Shown in pieces: positions 53,502-64,000 of a DNA stretch of 64,000 nucleotides (its first letter is position 1; every line of letters begins with the position of its first letter). The stretch lies in NCBI GenBank assembly GCA_020184695.1, contig JAANOX010000225.1:1-64000 (forward strand), given 5' to 3'. Under the pieces are notes generated by a model. It ran no database searches, had not been told where the DNA came from, and worked only from the letters and a program-made list of their open reading frames with translations. A program made the translations under genes and the position numbers. The stretch comes from Histomonas meleagridis 2922-C6/04-290x. Lineage: Eukaryota; Protista; Parabasalia.

Positions 53502-54776
53502 TTATCCTACATCACTTGTTTCAGATGAAAATGAATCGCTTTCTGAGCTCAATTTATGAGAAATTAAATTGTTATTTCCATTTGCCATATCAAGTAAACT
53601 TTGTAACGTTTCTTGTAATTGGACGTCAGAACACGAATCAAATTCATCTGAATCAAACTCATCGCTCTTTGATGGCTCATTATCAAAGAGCGACAAGCAC
53701 GGCATAAAACTTAACTTCACTGTTGATTTTTTGCTTTTATCCACTACGACATCAACAATGCATTCATTATGAAGACATAATTTTGATTTTTGTTTCTTCT
53801 TATTTAAAAGTTCGGCCGCTTTAATGTTTTTATCCTTTTCTTCCTTAGGAATTTCGAATTCTTGTTTTTCTTTCGATATTTCTAATTTTGTTGGATTTGT
53901 TCCAACACTTACAGATGATAACTTTACTTGTTTGCTAGGAGGAATCCATCCGTTAGCGCGTGCTTTAGATTTCCAATCAAATTCATAATTTGGTGGCTTC
54001 CATCCTAACCTCATTGCGGTGTTTACCCATGTGTAATCACTTTTCTCTTTACTTGTTTTATTTCTTTGGATTTGCTTTGAATATTTTTGTTGCTTCACTA
54101 CTTTATCATTTGTTTCCTTAATAAAAGTAGGAAATTTATTACAATCAAATGTGTAATGGCTGGATGATGAGCTAAGTTGATAATTTGTAATTGGCGTATT
54201 AATGTTTTGCGTGGGAATTGAAGTTTTGTTATTTTGGAAAAGTTTTTCATGTATTGGAAACCCAAGTGCAATAGTTACAATTATGCTTCCTGATTTGGTG
54301 TTGCTTGAAAGATTAAGTAATGAGATGCTTGAATTCCGATATAAGAAGGAAAGTGTGCGGCCATTAACTTGAACAACTTCGCTGATAGATAGCGGCAAAA
54401 GTGCAACACAAATAATTTTGGAGGAACTGCCTTCACGTTGATGAAGCTCAATTACAGGTGTAAATGACGAAAGTGAAAATGGTGGAACTTTAGTGAAATT
54501 AATAGAATAGGAACAATTAAATGTGACATCTTTATCTTTACACCAAACTGATGATGTTTCGATGATCTGAATAGAAGGGTGAATCCGCATCTTTAAAAAT
54601 ATCATTCTGTTTTGACAATTATCTATATTATAGACATTGCCAATCGATATAAAAAAATGAGAAAATGGTTCAAACTCGTTTTCTTTAAGGGGCTTTATAT
54701 GAGCTAAATTTGCGCCATTTACTTTACTTTGATTAGTTCTTCTATTCCAACAAAAATCCAAATCATCAAAATCCAT
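53502..54776 (-). CDS. Hypothetical protein with an N-terminal C2-like domain
   Basis: Beta-strand pattern (FFISIGNV...IFLKMRI...VTFNCSYSI...PVIELHQR...ICVALLPL), then a low-complexity tail. Confidence 0.55.
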   Translation of the reverse strand: MDFDDLDFCWNRRTNQSKVNGANLAHIKPLKENEFEPFSHFFISIGNVYNIDNCQNRMIFLKMRIHPSIQIIETSSVWCKDKDVTFNCSYSINFTKVPPFSLSSFTPVIELHQREGSSSKIICVALLPLSISEVVQVNGRTLSFLYRNSSISLLNLSSNTKSGSIIVTIALGFPIHEKLFQNNKTSIPTQNINTPITNYQLSSSSSHYTFDCNKFPTFIKETNDKVVKQQKYSKQIQRNKTSKEKSDYTWVNTAMRLGWKPPNYEFDWKSKARANGWIPPSKQVKLSSVSVGTNPTKLEISKEKQEFEIPKEEKDKNIKAAELLNKKKQKSKLCLHNECIVDVVVDKSKKSTVKLSFMPCLSLFDNEPSKSDEFDSDEFDSCSDVQLQETLQSLLDMANGNNNLISHKLSSESDSFSSETSDVG

Positions 54777-54941
54777 AATAATAAACGTACGTTAAAATTT
54801 CCAATTTTTTTGTTCGAAAAGGAAAAATTTGTTTAGAATATCTTCGAACAAAATAATTTGTTTCACAAAAGAGATAACAATTATCGTTAAACAAAAATTC
54901 CTTGATATTTCTTTATAAAAAAAATTATGCGCAAATGTGAA

Positions 54942-56000
54942 TCAATGATGTCTATCGAACTCCCGAACATACTTGAAAAATGGATGTTTCAACGCTTCCT
55001 CTGCTGTAATTCTTTCTTTATGGTCTACTATCAACAACTTTTGAGCCAAATCGATTGCATCTGAATTTTTCAGATTTTTTCTTGAATTTGGAATTAATGT
55101 ATTCATATCAATTTTTGGTGTTACCTCGAAGAAAGATCTATCTCTTTCAGACAAAGTCACTCTATATTTATCTGCCCAATCGATTATATCTTTACCTCCG
55201 ACAACTTGTGCAATTGAATCGATTTGGTGATCATCGCCACCATCGAAAACATGGATTTTTTGGGTAATATATTCTAAGAGCATAACACCGACAGACCAAA
55301 TGTCGAGTGAATAATCATAATATTCATAATTAAGAAGGATTTCTGGTGACTTGTAATAACGTGTACAAACATGGACACTATATTTACGCATCGGATGATA
55401 ATATTCAGCAAGTCCCCAATCTGCTAATTTGACTTGTTTATACGGATCGGCGCAGAGGACGTTAAGTGGTTTTACATCGCGATGCATAATGCCCAAACTA
55501 TGGGTGTGGTGAAGAGCTTGAAGAATACGGTAAAAATAAAAGCGTGCTTGCCCTAGAGTCATGCCCATAAAGAGATCCTTCCAATCGGTGTTAGGACAAA
55601 ATTCTGTGACCATCGCAGGAATTCCTTCTCTACGATCTAGAACAATGTCATATAGTTCTAATATACTTGGACCTTGGGCACTACTAATAATTTTAAGTTC
55701 TCTACGTACACGATCTGGATTAACAGGTTTAAGGAGTTTGATCGCACATATATTTTTGTCATCTTGTAATGCAGTAAAAACTTCCGAATAACGGCCTTCA
55801 CCAATACATTCTACTAGTTTGTAACGATTGATATCTCCAAAATTGGGATTCCATGAACGAAATTTCCAATGATTTGGCCCAAGATCAAGATTGACATTAG
55901 TAAAAACTCTAGATATATTTGGATGTTCTGGGTTAAATCTCCCATCAATACAAGCATTTGATATATCAAACGGATCAGTTTGCTTTTCTGTTGGTTCCAT
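54942..56000 (-). CDS. CSNK2A1: Casein kinase II alpha-like kinase (CMGC/CK2)
   Basis: IGEGRYSEVF, IMHRDVKP, DWGLAEYYHP and YYKSPEILLNYEYYDYSLDIWSVG. Confidence 0.93.
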   Translation of the reverse strand: MEPTEKQTDPFDISNACIDGRFNPEHPNISRVFTNVNLDLGPNHWKFRSWNPNFGDINRYKLVECIGEGRYSEVFTALQDDKNICAIKLLKPVNPDRVRRELKIISSAQGPSILELYDIVLDRREGIPAMVTEFCPNTDWKDLFMGMTLGQARFYFYRILQALHHTHSLGIMHRDVKPLNVLCADPYKQVKLADWGLAEYYHPMRKYSVHVCTRYYKSPEILLNYEYYDYSLDIWSVGVMLLEYITQKIHVFDGGDDHQIDSIAQVVGGKDIIDWADKYRVTLSERDRSFFEVTPKIDMNTLIPNSRKNLKNSDAIDLAQKLLIVDHKERITAEEALKHPFFKYVREFDRHH

Positions 56001-56348
56001 TGTGTAACAGTTACTTATCGTTTTGCTGTAATCTTTTCAATTTTGAATAGTACAATTTAAAGCCGTTGAATAGTGTGTGAGATCAAAACCGTTTTTCCCA
56101 CCAAAAATAAAGTATTCAAAAAAATGGAAATTCAAAAATATAAAATGAGAATAATATATCTGATTTTTTGATTCTCAGTGGGAAATTCCCGGGGGATGTC
56201 AGTTGTGAATTTTTTTTTAGTATACGATTGAAGCAAAATAAATTTTTTATTCTATTAAACGGTCACTCAATAAGACACTTTTTTTCAGTAAAAACTTTTT
56301 TGAGGGAAATAAACGTTTTTTTATAACAACCTTCAGCAAAGCGGGAGA

Positions 56349-58226
56349 ATGATTTGGGCTTTTGAAGTCCTATTCTCTCTTTGGTTTGGCTTCGAAATAG
56401 TTGTGCTTTTGGTTAAGAAGAAGCTTGATGTTCTACATTGTTTTTTTGCGGGGATTCCACTTGGTTTTTACACATTTGCATGGCTTGTCTTCATATTGAC
56501 TGCAAAATTTCAACTTACCCCTAAAGTAGCCATCTTACCCATGTTGATTATATTTGTTGCAAGTTATTTCCTTCACAAGCATAACATTAACAATTACAAA
56601 ACAAAGTTCAAATTAAATACAACACAAATTGGAACATATATAATAGGTGGAGCAATCTTTGTTTACATAATTTATGTCTCGATGCTTTATAAAGGAAATG
56701 AAGTTCGTGGTGCAGCATATGGTGATTTACCATTTCATCTTAATATTATATCATCTTTTGCCGTCGGGTGTAACAACAAACGTAATGGCCTTTACAACAT
56801 CACCTCCAGTTTCTATGGACATGAAAGGCTTGTTTATCCAATGATCCCTAATTTTTTTACAGCGGTATTAATGTCCACTGGGAGTGGAAGCTTAAGGATT
56901 TCTCTCTTTCTTCCATCAGCTCTCATTATTTTATCTTTACTTTTTGGCATGTATTCACTTTCATTAAAATTTACGGGAAATCATTTTGCCAGTGCTCTTT
57001 CAATTGTTATTTTTGCTAACCTTGGAGGTCTTGGTTGGACAAGACTTTTTAATCCTGAACATGGTTATGGCGATTGGATACATAATTGGGGTCGTAATCG
57101 ATATGAATATTGGTTCCACCCAATCTTCCATATTCTTGTTCCTCAGCGTGCATCATTGTGGTCTATGCCGCTTTGTTATTGGGGAATTTTGTTTTTGATT
57201 CACTCGGTCGAACGGTTTGATTGGCGGTTTTTCCTACTTTCAGCACTTTACACCGGTTTTACTCCTCTTGTACAAGTTCATAGTTATGTTTCCCTGGCTC
57301 AGTATGCCATTTTCCTATGCATCCTAACATTTCCATGGACTCATAAATCCAAAATGCCAAAAGTTATTGCGCTATGGGCCTTATATGCAATTGTTGCAAA
57401 TGTTATGGCTTTCCCTCAATTAATTCCTTATGTAAAGCGTGCTTCTGGAGGAGAGTTTCTTAAGCTTGCTCCTTTATGGATTACACGAAGAGTTGGGGCA
57501 CTTCAAATGTGGTGGAATGGACTTGGAGTTTTCTTTGCAATAGCTGTTTTCTTTGGCTTTGCAGTCCTTGACAAGACCCAGATCATTCAATATCTTCCAT
57601 CTCTGATGATTTTCATCACCACTAATATCATTCAATATCAACCATGGGAACTTGATAACACTAAAGTTTTCTACGCCGGTTGGATTCCTATTGCACTTCC
57701 AGTTGTTTCCCTTTATTTGGCCACACTTCTCCGAATTCGAAAGACCAAAATAATTGGCGTAATTCTCTTGCTCAGCTCCATAGCATCAGCTGCGATACAT
57801 TCCTTTGATTGCCTTTCCTCAGATCCGCATATTTTTGAGTCTGCAGACATTAATTTGGGATTATGGATTGCCGAAAATACACCAGTGGATGCAATGTTTT
57901 ATACAACTAATTGGCACACTAACACCGTTGCAACAATTGGAGGCCGTCAATTGTTTCTTGGGTACTTAGGATGGGTTTCGTCGCATGGAATTAATTATTA
58001 TGAACGTGAACGCGTTTTTCATATGCTGAAAACGAATCCAAACGACGTAGACGCATTTAAAAAATATGACATATCATACGTCGTTTCGGAGAAAAATGAG
58101 TTCAGCGTGATCGAAAATAATTTCGACGGAAATCTGTGGTCGAAAGTTTATCAGGACCCGAAATATTTGGTGCTGAGGCTAAGAGAAACGCCGATCGAAT
58201 TAGAATTTGATGCGCCGAGTAGATGA
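56349..58226 (+). CDS. Polytopic membrane protein, GT-C-fold-like (bacterial DUF2298-type architecture)
   Basis: YGDLPFHL lies in the first lumenal loop, there are more than 12 TM segments, and the soluble C-terminus reads WIAENTPVDAMF...GGRQLFLGYLGWVSSHG. Confidence 0.55.
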   Translation: MIWAFEVLFSLWFGFEIVVLLVKKKLDVLHCFFAGIPLGFYTFAWLVFILTAKFQLTPKVAILPMLIIFVASYFLHKHNINNYKTKFKLNTTQIGTYIIGGAIFVYIIYVSMLYKGNEVRGAAYGDLPFHLNIISSFAVGCNNKRNGLYNITSSFYGHERLVYPMIPNFFTAVLMSTGSGSLRISLFLPSALIILSLLFGMYSLSLKFTGNHFASALSIVIFANLGGLGWTRLFNPEHGYGDWIHNWGRNRYEYWFHPIFHILVPQRASLWSMPLCYWGILFLIHSVERFDWRFFLLSALYTGFTPLVQVHSYVSLAQYAIFLCILTFPWTHKSKMPKVIALWALYAIVANVMAFPQLIPYVKRASGGEFLKLAPLWITRRVGALQMWWNGLGVFFAIAVFFGFAVLDKTQIIQYLPSLMIFITTNIIQYQPWELDNTKVFYAGWIPIALPVVSLYLATLLRIRKTKIIGVILLLSSIASAAIHSFDCLSSDPHIFESADINLGLWIAENTPVDAMFYTTNWHTNTVATIGGRQLFLGYLGWVSSHGINYYERERVFHMLKTNPNDVDAFKKYDISYVVSEKNEFSVIENNFDGNLWSKVYQDPKYLVLRLRETPIELEFDAPSR

Positions 58227-58937
58227 AAAGGAAAGAAATGTTTTGCTATGCTTTTATGTGATTCTTTTTATATGTGAATTGTTTAAATTAATAAAATGAA
58301 TTTCATGTTTACTTTTAATGGTATATTTTTTTCAATTTTCTGATTTACTTGATTATGCTTTAAGAGAAGGTTATATTTGGCCGAATGAAGAATCAAAATG
58401 TAATAAGGATTGCAATATGTTAGAAATGTATAATCAATAAACTCAAAATCAAAAGAAGGAAGTAAAAACGATCGGTTTCAAGTGAATTGTCTTACGAAAA
58501 GTTCTATCGTGCTTCTCATTTAAATTTGCTTTTTCTGGTGAGCTTTCTTGGTCATTTAATTGAAAATTTCACAAAAACCGCCTTTTTACACTTGAAATTA
58601 TTTCAATTTTTAAATGAAGATTTTGCTAACCGCCTTTCCGGACTATTTTTAAGAAATATGAACCGGTTCCATTGAAAATTATGTTGTTTTTTCAGCTTCA
58701 GATCATTTTTGAATGAATTGAGAAGTTTTTGATGTTGGTGTTTCCATTCAAAATAAATCAGTCTCAGACAAATTGAACTAATTTCATCGTTTTAACAAAT
58801 TGCAAACAGAAAAATACGAATTAAAAAACAATTTACTAGAAATATTACATTCGCAAACAACTTCAGCCAGACAGTATTACTCTTGGAGCTCTTGGTTTCA
58901 AGAAATTTGATGATGTTACCAATGTGAAAGATATAAC

Positions 58938-59405
58938 TCATTTTTCCCATATAATAGGTAGTGGATCTGATGATATTTCTTTCACAGAAGCCAAATCATT
59001 ATTTTCATATGCCGTGTATTGATAGGTATCTGAATCTGAATATGATGATTCAGAATCTGATTTTGATATATCGCTTACGATACCCTTTTTATCTGCTGCC
59101 ATATCTAGGATGCGCGCCATTTCTCTTGCGATCGAATGTCGACTTGATGAAAATTCTTCACCAAAAATATTATATTTTTGAACAATTTTACAATCAATTA
59201 TGTCATTATCTCTAATTCCTTGCATTACAAGGGTTTCATCATAGTTTAAAATTTCGCCATTATGAAATAAACATATCATTTCATCAGAGAAACAAGAGAA
59301 TTGCAGAAAGTCAGAAAGTTCTGAAACAGGTGAATATTGATTTACTCTTACAAGGAGTATCGCGCCCGGAAGCCATTGTATTTTGATTTTCAGCTCGTCG
59401 CTCAT
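58938..59405 (-). CDS. Ubiquitin-like domain protein
   Basis: N-terminal beta-grasp pattern ...LFHNGEILNYDETLVMQGIRDNDII. Confidence 0.65.
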   Translation of the reverse strand: MSDELKIKIQWLPGAILLVRVNQYSPVSELSDFLQFSCFSDEMICLFHNGEILNYDETLVMQGIRDNDIIDCKIVQKYNIFGEEFSSSRHSIAREMARILDMAADKKGIVSDISKSDSESSYSDSDTYQYTAYENNDLASVKEISSDPLPIIWEK

Positions 59406-59811
59406 TTGGGCTTCTTACCTTTGTTAATTAATATAAAAGGTTGCCTCTCAAAAGTGCTACAGGTTTACTTTTCAACCTTATCAACTCTCACAAATTTCAA
59501 CGAAATTTCTGCGCCGTTTTGAGTAAAGTTAATAAATTTGATAAGATTGACAAAAATCCCGATTTTATCTGACCATATATATTATGAATCGAAGTTTTTA
59601 AATCATACAATCGTTATTTCAATATTATCGTCAAACTAATTAAGTAGATTCTTTTTAAACGTTCGTTAATATTTCATTTTTTTTAAAAATCTAAAATTAT
59701 ATTGAACAATATGCACAAAAATTTGTAAGACATGTTTCATATGAAATAATTTTGAAAAATGTTTTAAATTATGCAGATATAAAAAGCAATTAAAAACTGA
59801 ATTTTAATGTT

Positions 59812-60540
59812 TCATAAAGTTTTTTCTGATTCCGTATCATCATCAAACCACACAATTAAATTCGTTCTCATTGCTTGTAGTATTTCTAATGATTCGTTAT
59901 GTGCATTTTGATCAAGTTGACCCATATCTATTTCAGCCTCTCTTCTTGCTTTCCGAAGCATTTCAGCTGCTTCTGCGGTATTTTTTAGATGTTCAAAAAT
60001 GAAAATTGCGTAGTTGAGTAATAGTCCTAATTTCATTGGTTCACTATGTAAAAGATATTGTGAAGATTCAACTGCTTCTAAATAAGCTTTGTGCGCTTCG
60101 GTGATTATGCTTTGCAGATCTTTTTGGCTTGCAAACTCTGCAAGATATCTGTAATAATCGCCACGCATTTTTTGACAAAATACTTTGTCCTTTGGCGTTG
60201 TTGCTTTTGGAAGAAGCTTCTCTGTGATCATGTTAATTATGAAATGACAATATTCTGTTAATTGACTATGAGTCTTTTCTTTGAAATGTTGTATCATTTC
60301 TGCGTTCAAAGCATGTACCATATCAACTTCATTTGCATAAGAATCCATTAATATGCGAAGTGAGTTACGTATTGGGTCTACTGTTGCCTTGCAAATTATG
60401 TTAATTGTTTCAAAATCTAAATCTGTTGTTGGTTTGTCTTCATCCAAATAAAGGCTTAAGTACTGTAATGCCTCTTTGTAGTGTGCAACTTTGCACAATG
60501 TTCCTGCATAAAACAAGTTGTCGTTAGCTGGCGAAATCAT
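59812..60540 (-). CDS. Divergent 14-3-3 protein
   Basis: KVFCQKMRGDYYRYLAEF, PMKLGLLLNYAIF and ILQAMRTNLIVW. Confidence 0.9.
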   Translation of the reverse strand: MISPANDNLFYAGTLCKVAHYKEALQYLSLYLDEDKPTTDLDFETINIICKATVDPIRNSLRILMDSYANEVDMVHALNAEMIQHFKEKTHSQLTEYCHFIINMITEKLLPKATTPKDKVFCQKMRGDYYRYLAEFASQKDLQSIITEAHKAYLEAVESSQYLLHSEPMKLGLLLNYAIFIFEHLKNTAEAAEMLRKARREAEIDMGQLDQNAHNESLEILQAMRTNLIVWFDDDTESEKTL

Positions 60541-60658
60541 GAAATTTACCCGAACAGAAATTTAACGTGCTTTGTTAAAAACTGCCAAAAATGTGAAGTG
60601 ATTTTTTATTGCAAATTTTCATATTTTAAAAAAGACAAAATTCTATCAAATATTTTAT

Positions 60659-63600
60659 TTATAACAATTTTTGTTTTCTTCCCATTATTGCATCATATTC
60701 CGTCGGACTTAAACTATTATATAAAACATTTTGATCAAAATCTTCTCCTAAAATTAATGATATTAAATTCTGATTTACATTTTGTAACTCATCGATTTGT
60801 ATTTGTAACTGATCAATTCTTTCGCTCATTGTCAATTGTATTTTTCCTGATTTTTCCTTATATTCATTTGATCTTTTCTTCATTTCATCATGATCATTCT
60901 TTAAGTCGGAAAGTATTTCAGTGAATTCCGAAAGTTTTTGATTCGAATTATTTAATGTTTCTTGAATGAATTGTAATGCTTCGTTAACATCAGACCCGTC
61001 ATATCCTATAAGCGATGCTTGTCGCATTATAAACTCAATCGATTTCCGATCTTTTCCGGCGTTAGTAATAATTTTCGTGATAGTAGCAATAATCCGATCA
61101 AGAAATGAATTGGAAAATGGTAAAATGACGTCGCGATCACGAATGCCCAAATGTAATGACGAAAGAACTTGTTTGAATTGTGTTTCGATGATTTTGTTGT
61201 TATTTTCGAATTTGGATATTTGTGATTGTAATTCTTTTTGTGTTGTTTCAAGTGTTTCGATTTGATGCTTTAAGTCTTTATTAAGTGTTTCGAGTTGTTT
61301 AACTTGTTGCGTAAGTTTTGCGTTGTTTGTTTCTAAATTTGTTATTTGTTGCTGTAACTTTTTGTTGTTTGTTTCTAAGTCTTTATTTTGATGCTTTAAT
61401 TCTTTGTTGTTGGATTCGAGTTTGGCAATGCGCTGTTTCATCTCGGATTTGGTATTTTTGAGATTTGATATTTGTTGTTGCAAATCTTTGTTGTCTGATT
61501 CAAGTGCACTGACTTTTTGCTCGAATTCTTTTTTATTGGTTTCAAGTGCATTGACTTTTTGTTTCATTTCGTTGTTAATTGATTCGAGATCTGAAATTTG
61601 TTTCTTCATTTCATCATTTTCTGATTTAAGTTCATTGACTTTTTGCTCTAATTCTTTGTTATTTGATTTGAGGTCTTTGATTTGATTCTTCATTTTATCT
61701 TTTTCTGTTTCAAGTTCATTGACTTTTTGTTCCAATTCTGTGTTATTAAATTCGAGTTCATTGATTTGATGTTTCTTTTCGTCATTATTTGCTTCAAGTT
61801 CTTTGATTTGTTTTGATAATTCTTTGTTATTCGACTTAAGATTTTCGATTTGTTTCTTCATTTCTTTGTTTTCTGTTTCAAGTTCGTCGATCTGCTTCTT
61901 CATTTCATTGTTGTTTGCTTCAAGTTCTTCTTTATTCGACGCAAGTTCATTCACTTTTTGTTCTAATTCTTTGTTCTTTGATTCAAGTTCATTGATTTGT
62001 TTTGCAAATTCTTTGTTATTCGTCTTAAGATCTTCGATTTGTTTCTTCATTTCTTTGTTTTCTGTTTCAAGTTCGTCGATCTGCTTCTTCATTTCATTGT
62101 TGTTTGCTTCAAGTTCTTCTTTATTCGACGCAAGTTCATTCACTTTTTGTTCTAATTCTTTGTTCTTTGATTCAAGTTCTTTGATTTGTTTCTTCATTTC
62201 GTTGTTGTTTGCTTTAAGTTCTTCATTTTGATTCTTCACTTCATTATTTACTGTTTCGAGTTTATTATTTCTTTGTTCTAAATCTTTAATATTTGCTTCG
62301 AATTCGTTGATTTGTTGTTTCATTTCGTTATTATTTGCATCGAGATTTTTGTTTTGCTGTTCCAATTCTTTGTTATTTGATTTAAGTTCTTTAATTTGTT
62401 TCTTCATTTCGTTGTTATCTGCTTCGAGATTTTCATTTTGTTGTTCTAACTCATTGATATTGGATTTAAGATCTTTAATCTGTTTCTTTAATTTGTTATT
62501 ATTTGTTTCGAGATTTTCGATTTCTTTCTTCATTTCATTATCATCTAATTCGAACTCTTGAATTTGTTCATTTAATTCATTATTTTCCATCTCGAGGTTT
62601 TTGATTTGTTTTTCTAATTCTTTGTTGTTTGCTTCAAGTTCTTTAACTTTTTGTTCTAATTCTTTATTAGTTAAATTAAGTTCTTCAATTTGTTTTTCCA
62701 AATTTTCTATATTTGCTTCGAGATTTTCAATTTGTTTTTTCATTACTTTATTATTTGTTTCAAGTTCATTAATATGTTTATCTTTTTCATCTTCATTTAA
62801 TTCGAGATCTTCTATTCGTTTTTTCATTTCATCATTTTTCCCTTCAAGTTCTTCAATTTGTTGTTTCAACTCTTTGTTATTTATTTCGAGATTTTCCTTT
62901 TCTTTTTCCAATTCTTTATTATTAGTTATAAGATTTTCATTTTGTTGTTTCAATTCGTCATTATTCGTTTCAAGTTTATTAATATGTTTATCTTTTTCAT
63001 CTTCATTTAATTCGAGATCTTCAATTCGCTTCTTCATTTCATCATTTTTCCCTTTAAGTTCTTCAATTTGTTGTTTCAGTTCTTTATTATTTAATTCGAG
63101 ATTTTCCTTTTCTTTTTCCAATTCTTTATTATTTGATTGAAGTTCATTGATTTGTTCCACTAATTCATTGTCATTTAATTCGAGATTTTTGTTTTGTTTT
63201 TCTAATTCGTTTTTCTTTGCTTCAAGTTCTTTTATTTGCTTTTTCATTTCATTATTACTTTGTTCAATTTCTTCGTTTTGTTTTTCCATTTCTTTGTTAT
63301 CTTCTACGAGTTCTTTAATGCGCTGTTTTAATTCTTCGTTATTTGCTTGAAGATTTTCATTTTGTTGTTCCAATTCATTGTTATTTGTTTCAAGTTTTGT
63401 AATTTGTTGCTTCATTTCGTTATTATTTGTTTCCAAATTTTCATTTTGTTTTTCCAATTCTTTGTTATTTTCTTCTAATTCTTTTATTTGTTGTTTCAAT
63501 TCGTTATTATTATTTAATATGTTTTCATTTTGTTTTTCTAATTCATTGTTATTGGCTTCAAGTTTCTTTAATTGCTGCTTTATTTCTTCGTTATTTGCTT

Positions 63601-64000
63601 GAAGATTTTCATTTTGTTGTTCTAAATTGTTATTATTTATTTGAAGTTTTGATATTTGTTGTTTTAATTCATTATTATTTGTTTCTAATTCTTCGTTATT
63701 TGATTGAAGATTTTCTTTTTGTTGGTCCAATGCTTTGTTCTTTTCTTTAAGTTCTCTTATTTGTTGCTTTAGTTCGTTATTATTTATTTCTAATTCTTCG
63801 TTACTAACTTCAAATTCGTCATCAAGTTTCTTTAATTCTTTATTAATTGATTCAAGGTTTTCAATTTGTTGTTTCATATTTTTATTATCTGCTTCTAATT
63901 CATTAATTTGTTGTTTCATTTCATTGTTATCTTTCTCGATATTTTCAATCTGTTGTTCGAGTTCTTTATTATTTGATTCGAGATTTTCTTTTTCTTTTTC
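60659..64000 (-). CDS. Long heptad coiled-coil ('viral A-type inclusion'-like) protein, 5' end beyond the window
   Basis: The frame stays open to base 64000, with E/N/K/Q-rich heptad repeats and near-exact internal duplications of 189 and 210 nt. Confidence 0.85.
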   Translation of the reverse strand, partial: EKEKENLESNNKELEQQIENIEKDNNEMKQQINELEADNKNMKQQIENLESINKELKKLDDEFEVSNEELEINNNELKQQIRELKEKNKALDQQKENLQSNNEELETNNNELKQQISKLQINNNNLEQQNENLQANNEEIKQQLKKLEANNNELEKQNENILNNNNELKQQIKELEENNKELEKQNENLETNNNEMKQQITKLETNNNELEQQNENLQANNEELKQRIKELVEDNKEMEKQNEEIEQSNNEMKKQIKELEAKKNELEKQNKNLELNDNELVEQINELQSNNKELEKEKENLELNNKELKQQIEELKGKNDEMKKRIEDLELNEDEKDKHINKLETNNDELKQQNENLITNNKELEKEKENLEINNKELKQQIEELEGKNDEMKKRIEDLELNEDEKDKHINELETNNKVMKKQIENLEANIENLEKQIEELNLTNKELEQKVKELEANNKELEKQIKNLEMENNELNEQIQEFELDDNEMKKEIENLETNNNKLKKQIKDLKSNINELEQQNENLEADNNEMKKQIKELKSNNKELEQQNKNLDANNNEMKQQINEFEANIKDLEQRNNKLETVNNEVKNQNEELKANNNEMKKQIKELESKNKELEQKVNELASNKEELEANNNEMKKQIDELETENKEMKKQIEDLKTNNKEFAKQINELESKNKELEQKVNELASNKEELEANNNEMKKQIDELETENKEMKKQIENLKSNNKELSKQIKELEANNDEKKHQINELEFNNTELEQKVNELETEKDKMKNQIKDLKSNNKELEQKVNELKSENDEMKKQISDLESINNEMKQKVNALETNKKEFEQKVSALESDNKDLQQQISNLKNTKSEMKQRIAKLESNNKELKHQNKDLETNNKKLQQQITNLETNNAKLTQQVKQLETLNKDLKHQIETLETTQKELQSQISKFENNNKIIETQFKQVLSSLHLGIRDRDVILPFSNSFLDRIIATITKIITNAGKDRKSIEFIMRQASLIGYDGSDVNEALQFIQETLNNSNQKLSEFTEILSDLKNDHDEMKKRSNEYKEKSGKIQLTMSERIDQLQIQIDELQNVNQNLISLILGEDFDQNVLYNSLSPTEYDAIMGRKQKLL

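Overview
This is very AT-rich, gene-dense eukaryotic DNA with no canonical introns I could support. It is most likely from a parabasalid (Trichomonas/Tritrichomonas-like). That is an inference from TCAYT initiator-like motifs, DUF3447-ankyrin genes, BspA- and Pmp-like surface-protein genes and an inclusion-type coiled-coil gene. The window holds a complete Mutator-like transposon (1048-5687; 9-bp TSD, long TIRs, intact DDE transposase), about 25 housekeeping or hypothetical genes and several pseudogenes. The standout is in two DUF3447-ankyrin genes (12085-14812 minus; 35221-37067 plus). After the first ankyrin repeat, every repeat junction is interrupted at the same codon boundary in the beta-hairpin (D-I-x | F-x-T) by a non-GT-AG insert. 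Eight of the ten inserts are exactly 8+20n nt (28, 68 x4, 128, 228, 248); the other two are 71 (68+3) and 132 (128+4). Each 20-nt module is a 12-nt stop-free, codon-like block (F-x-I/V-x) plus an 8-nt spacer. Removing the inserts restores stop-free ankyrin repeats, mostly 34 aa. This suggests an undescribed recoding or non-canonical splicing system that may diversify ankyrin binding loops. The mechanism is inference and untested.
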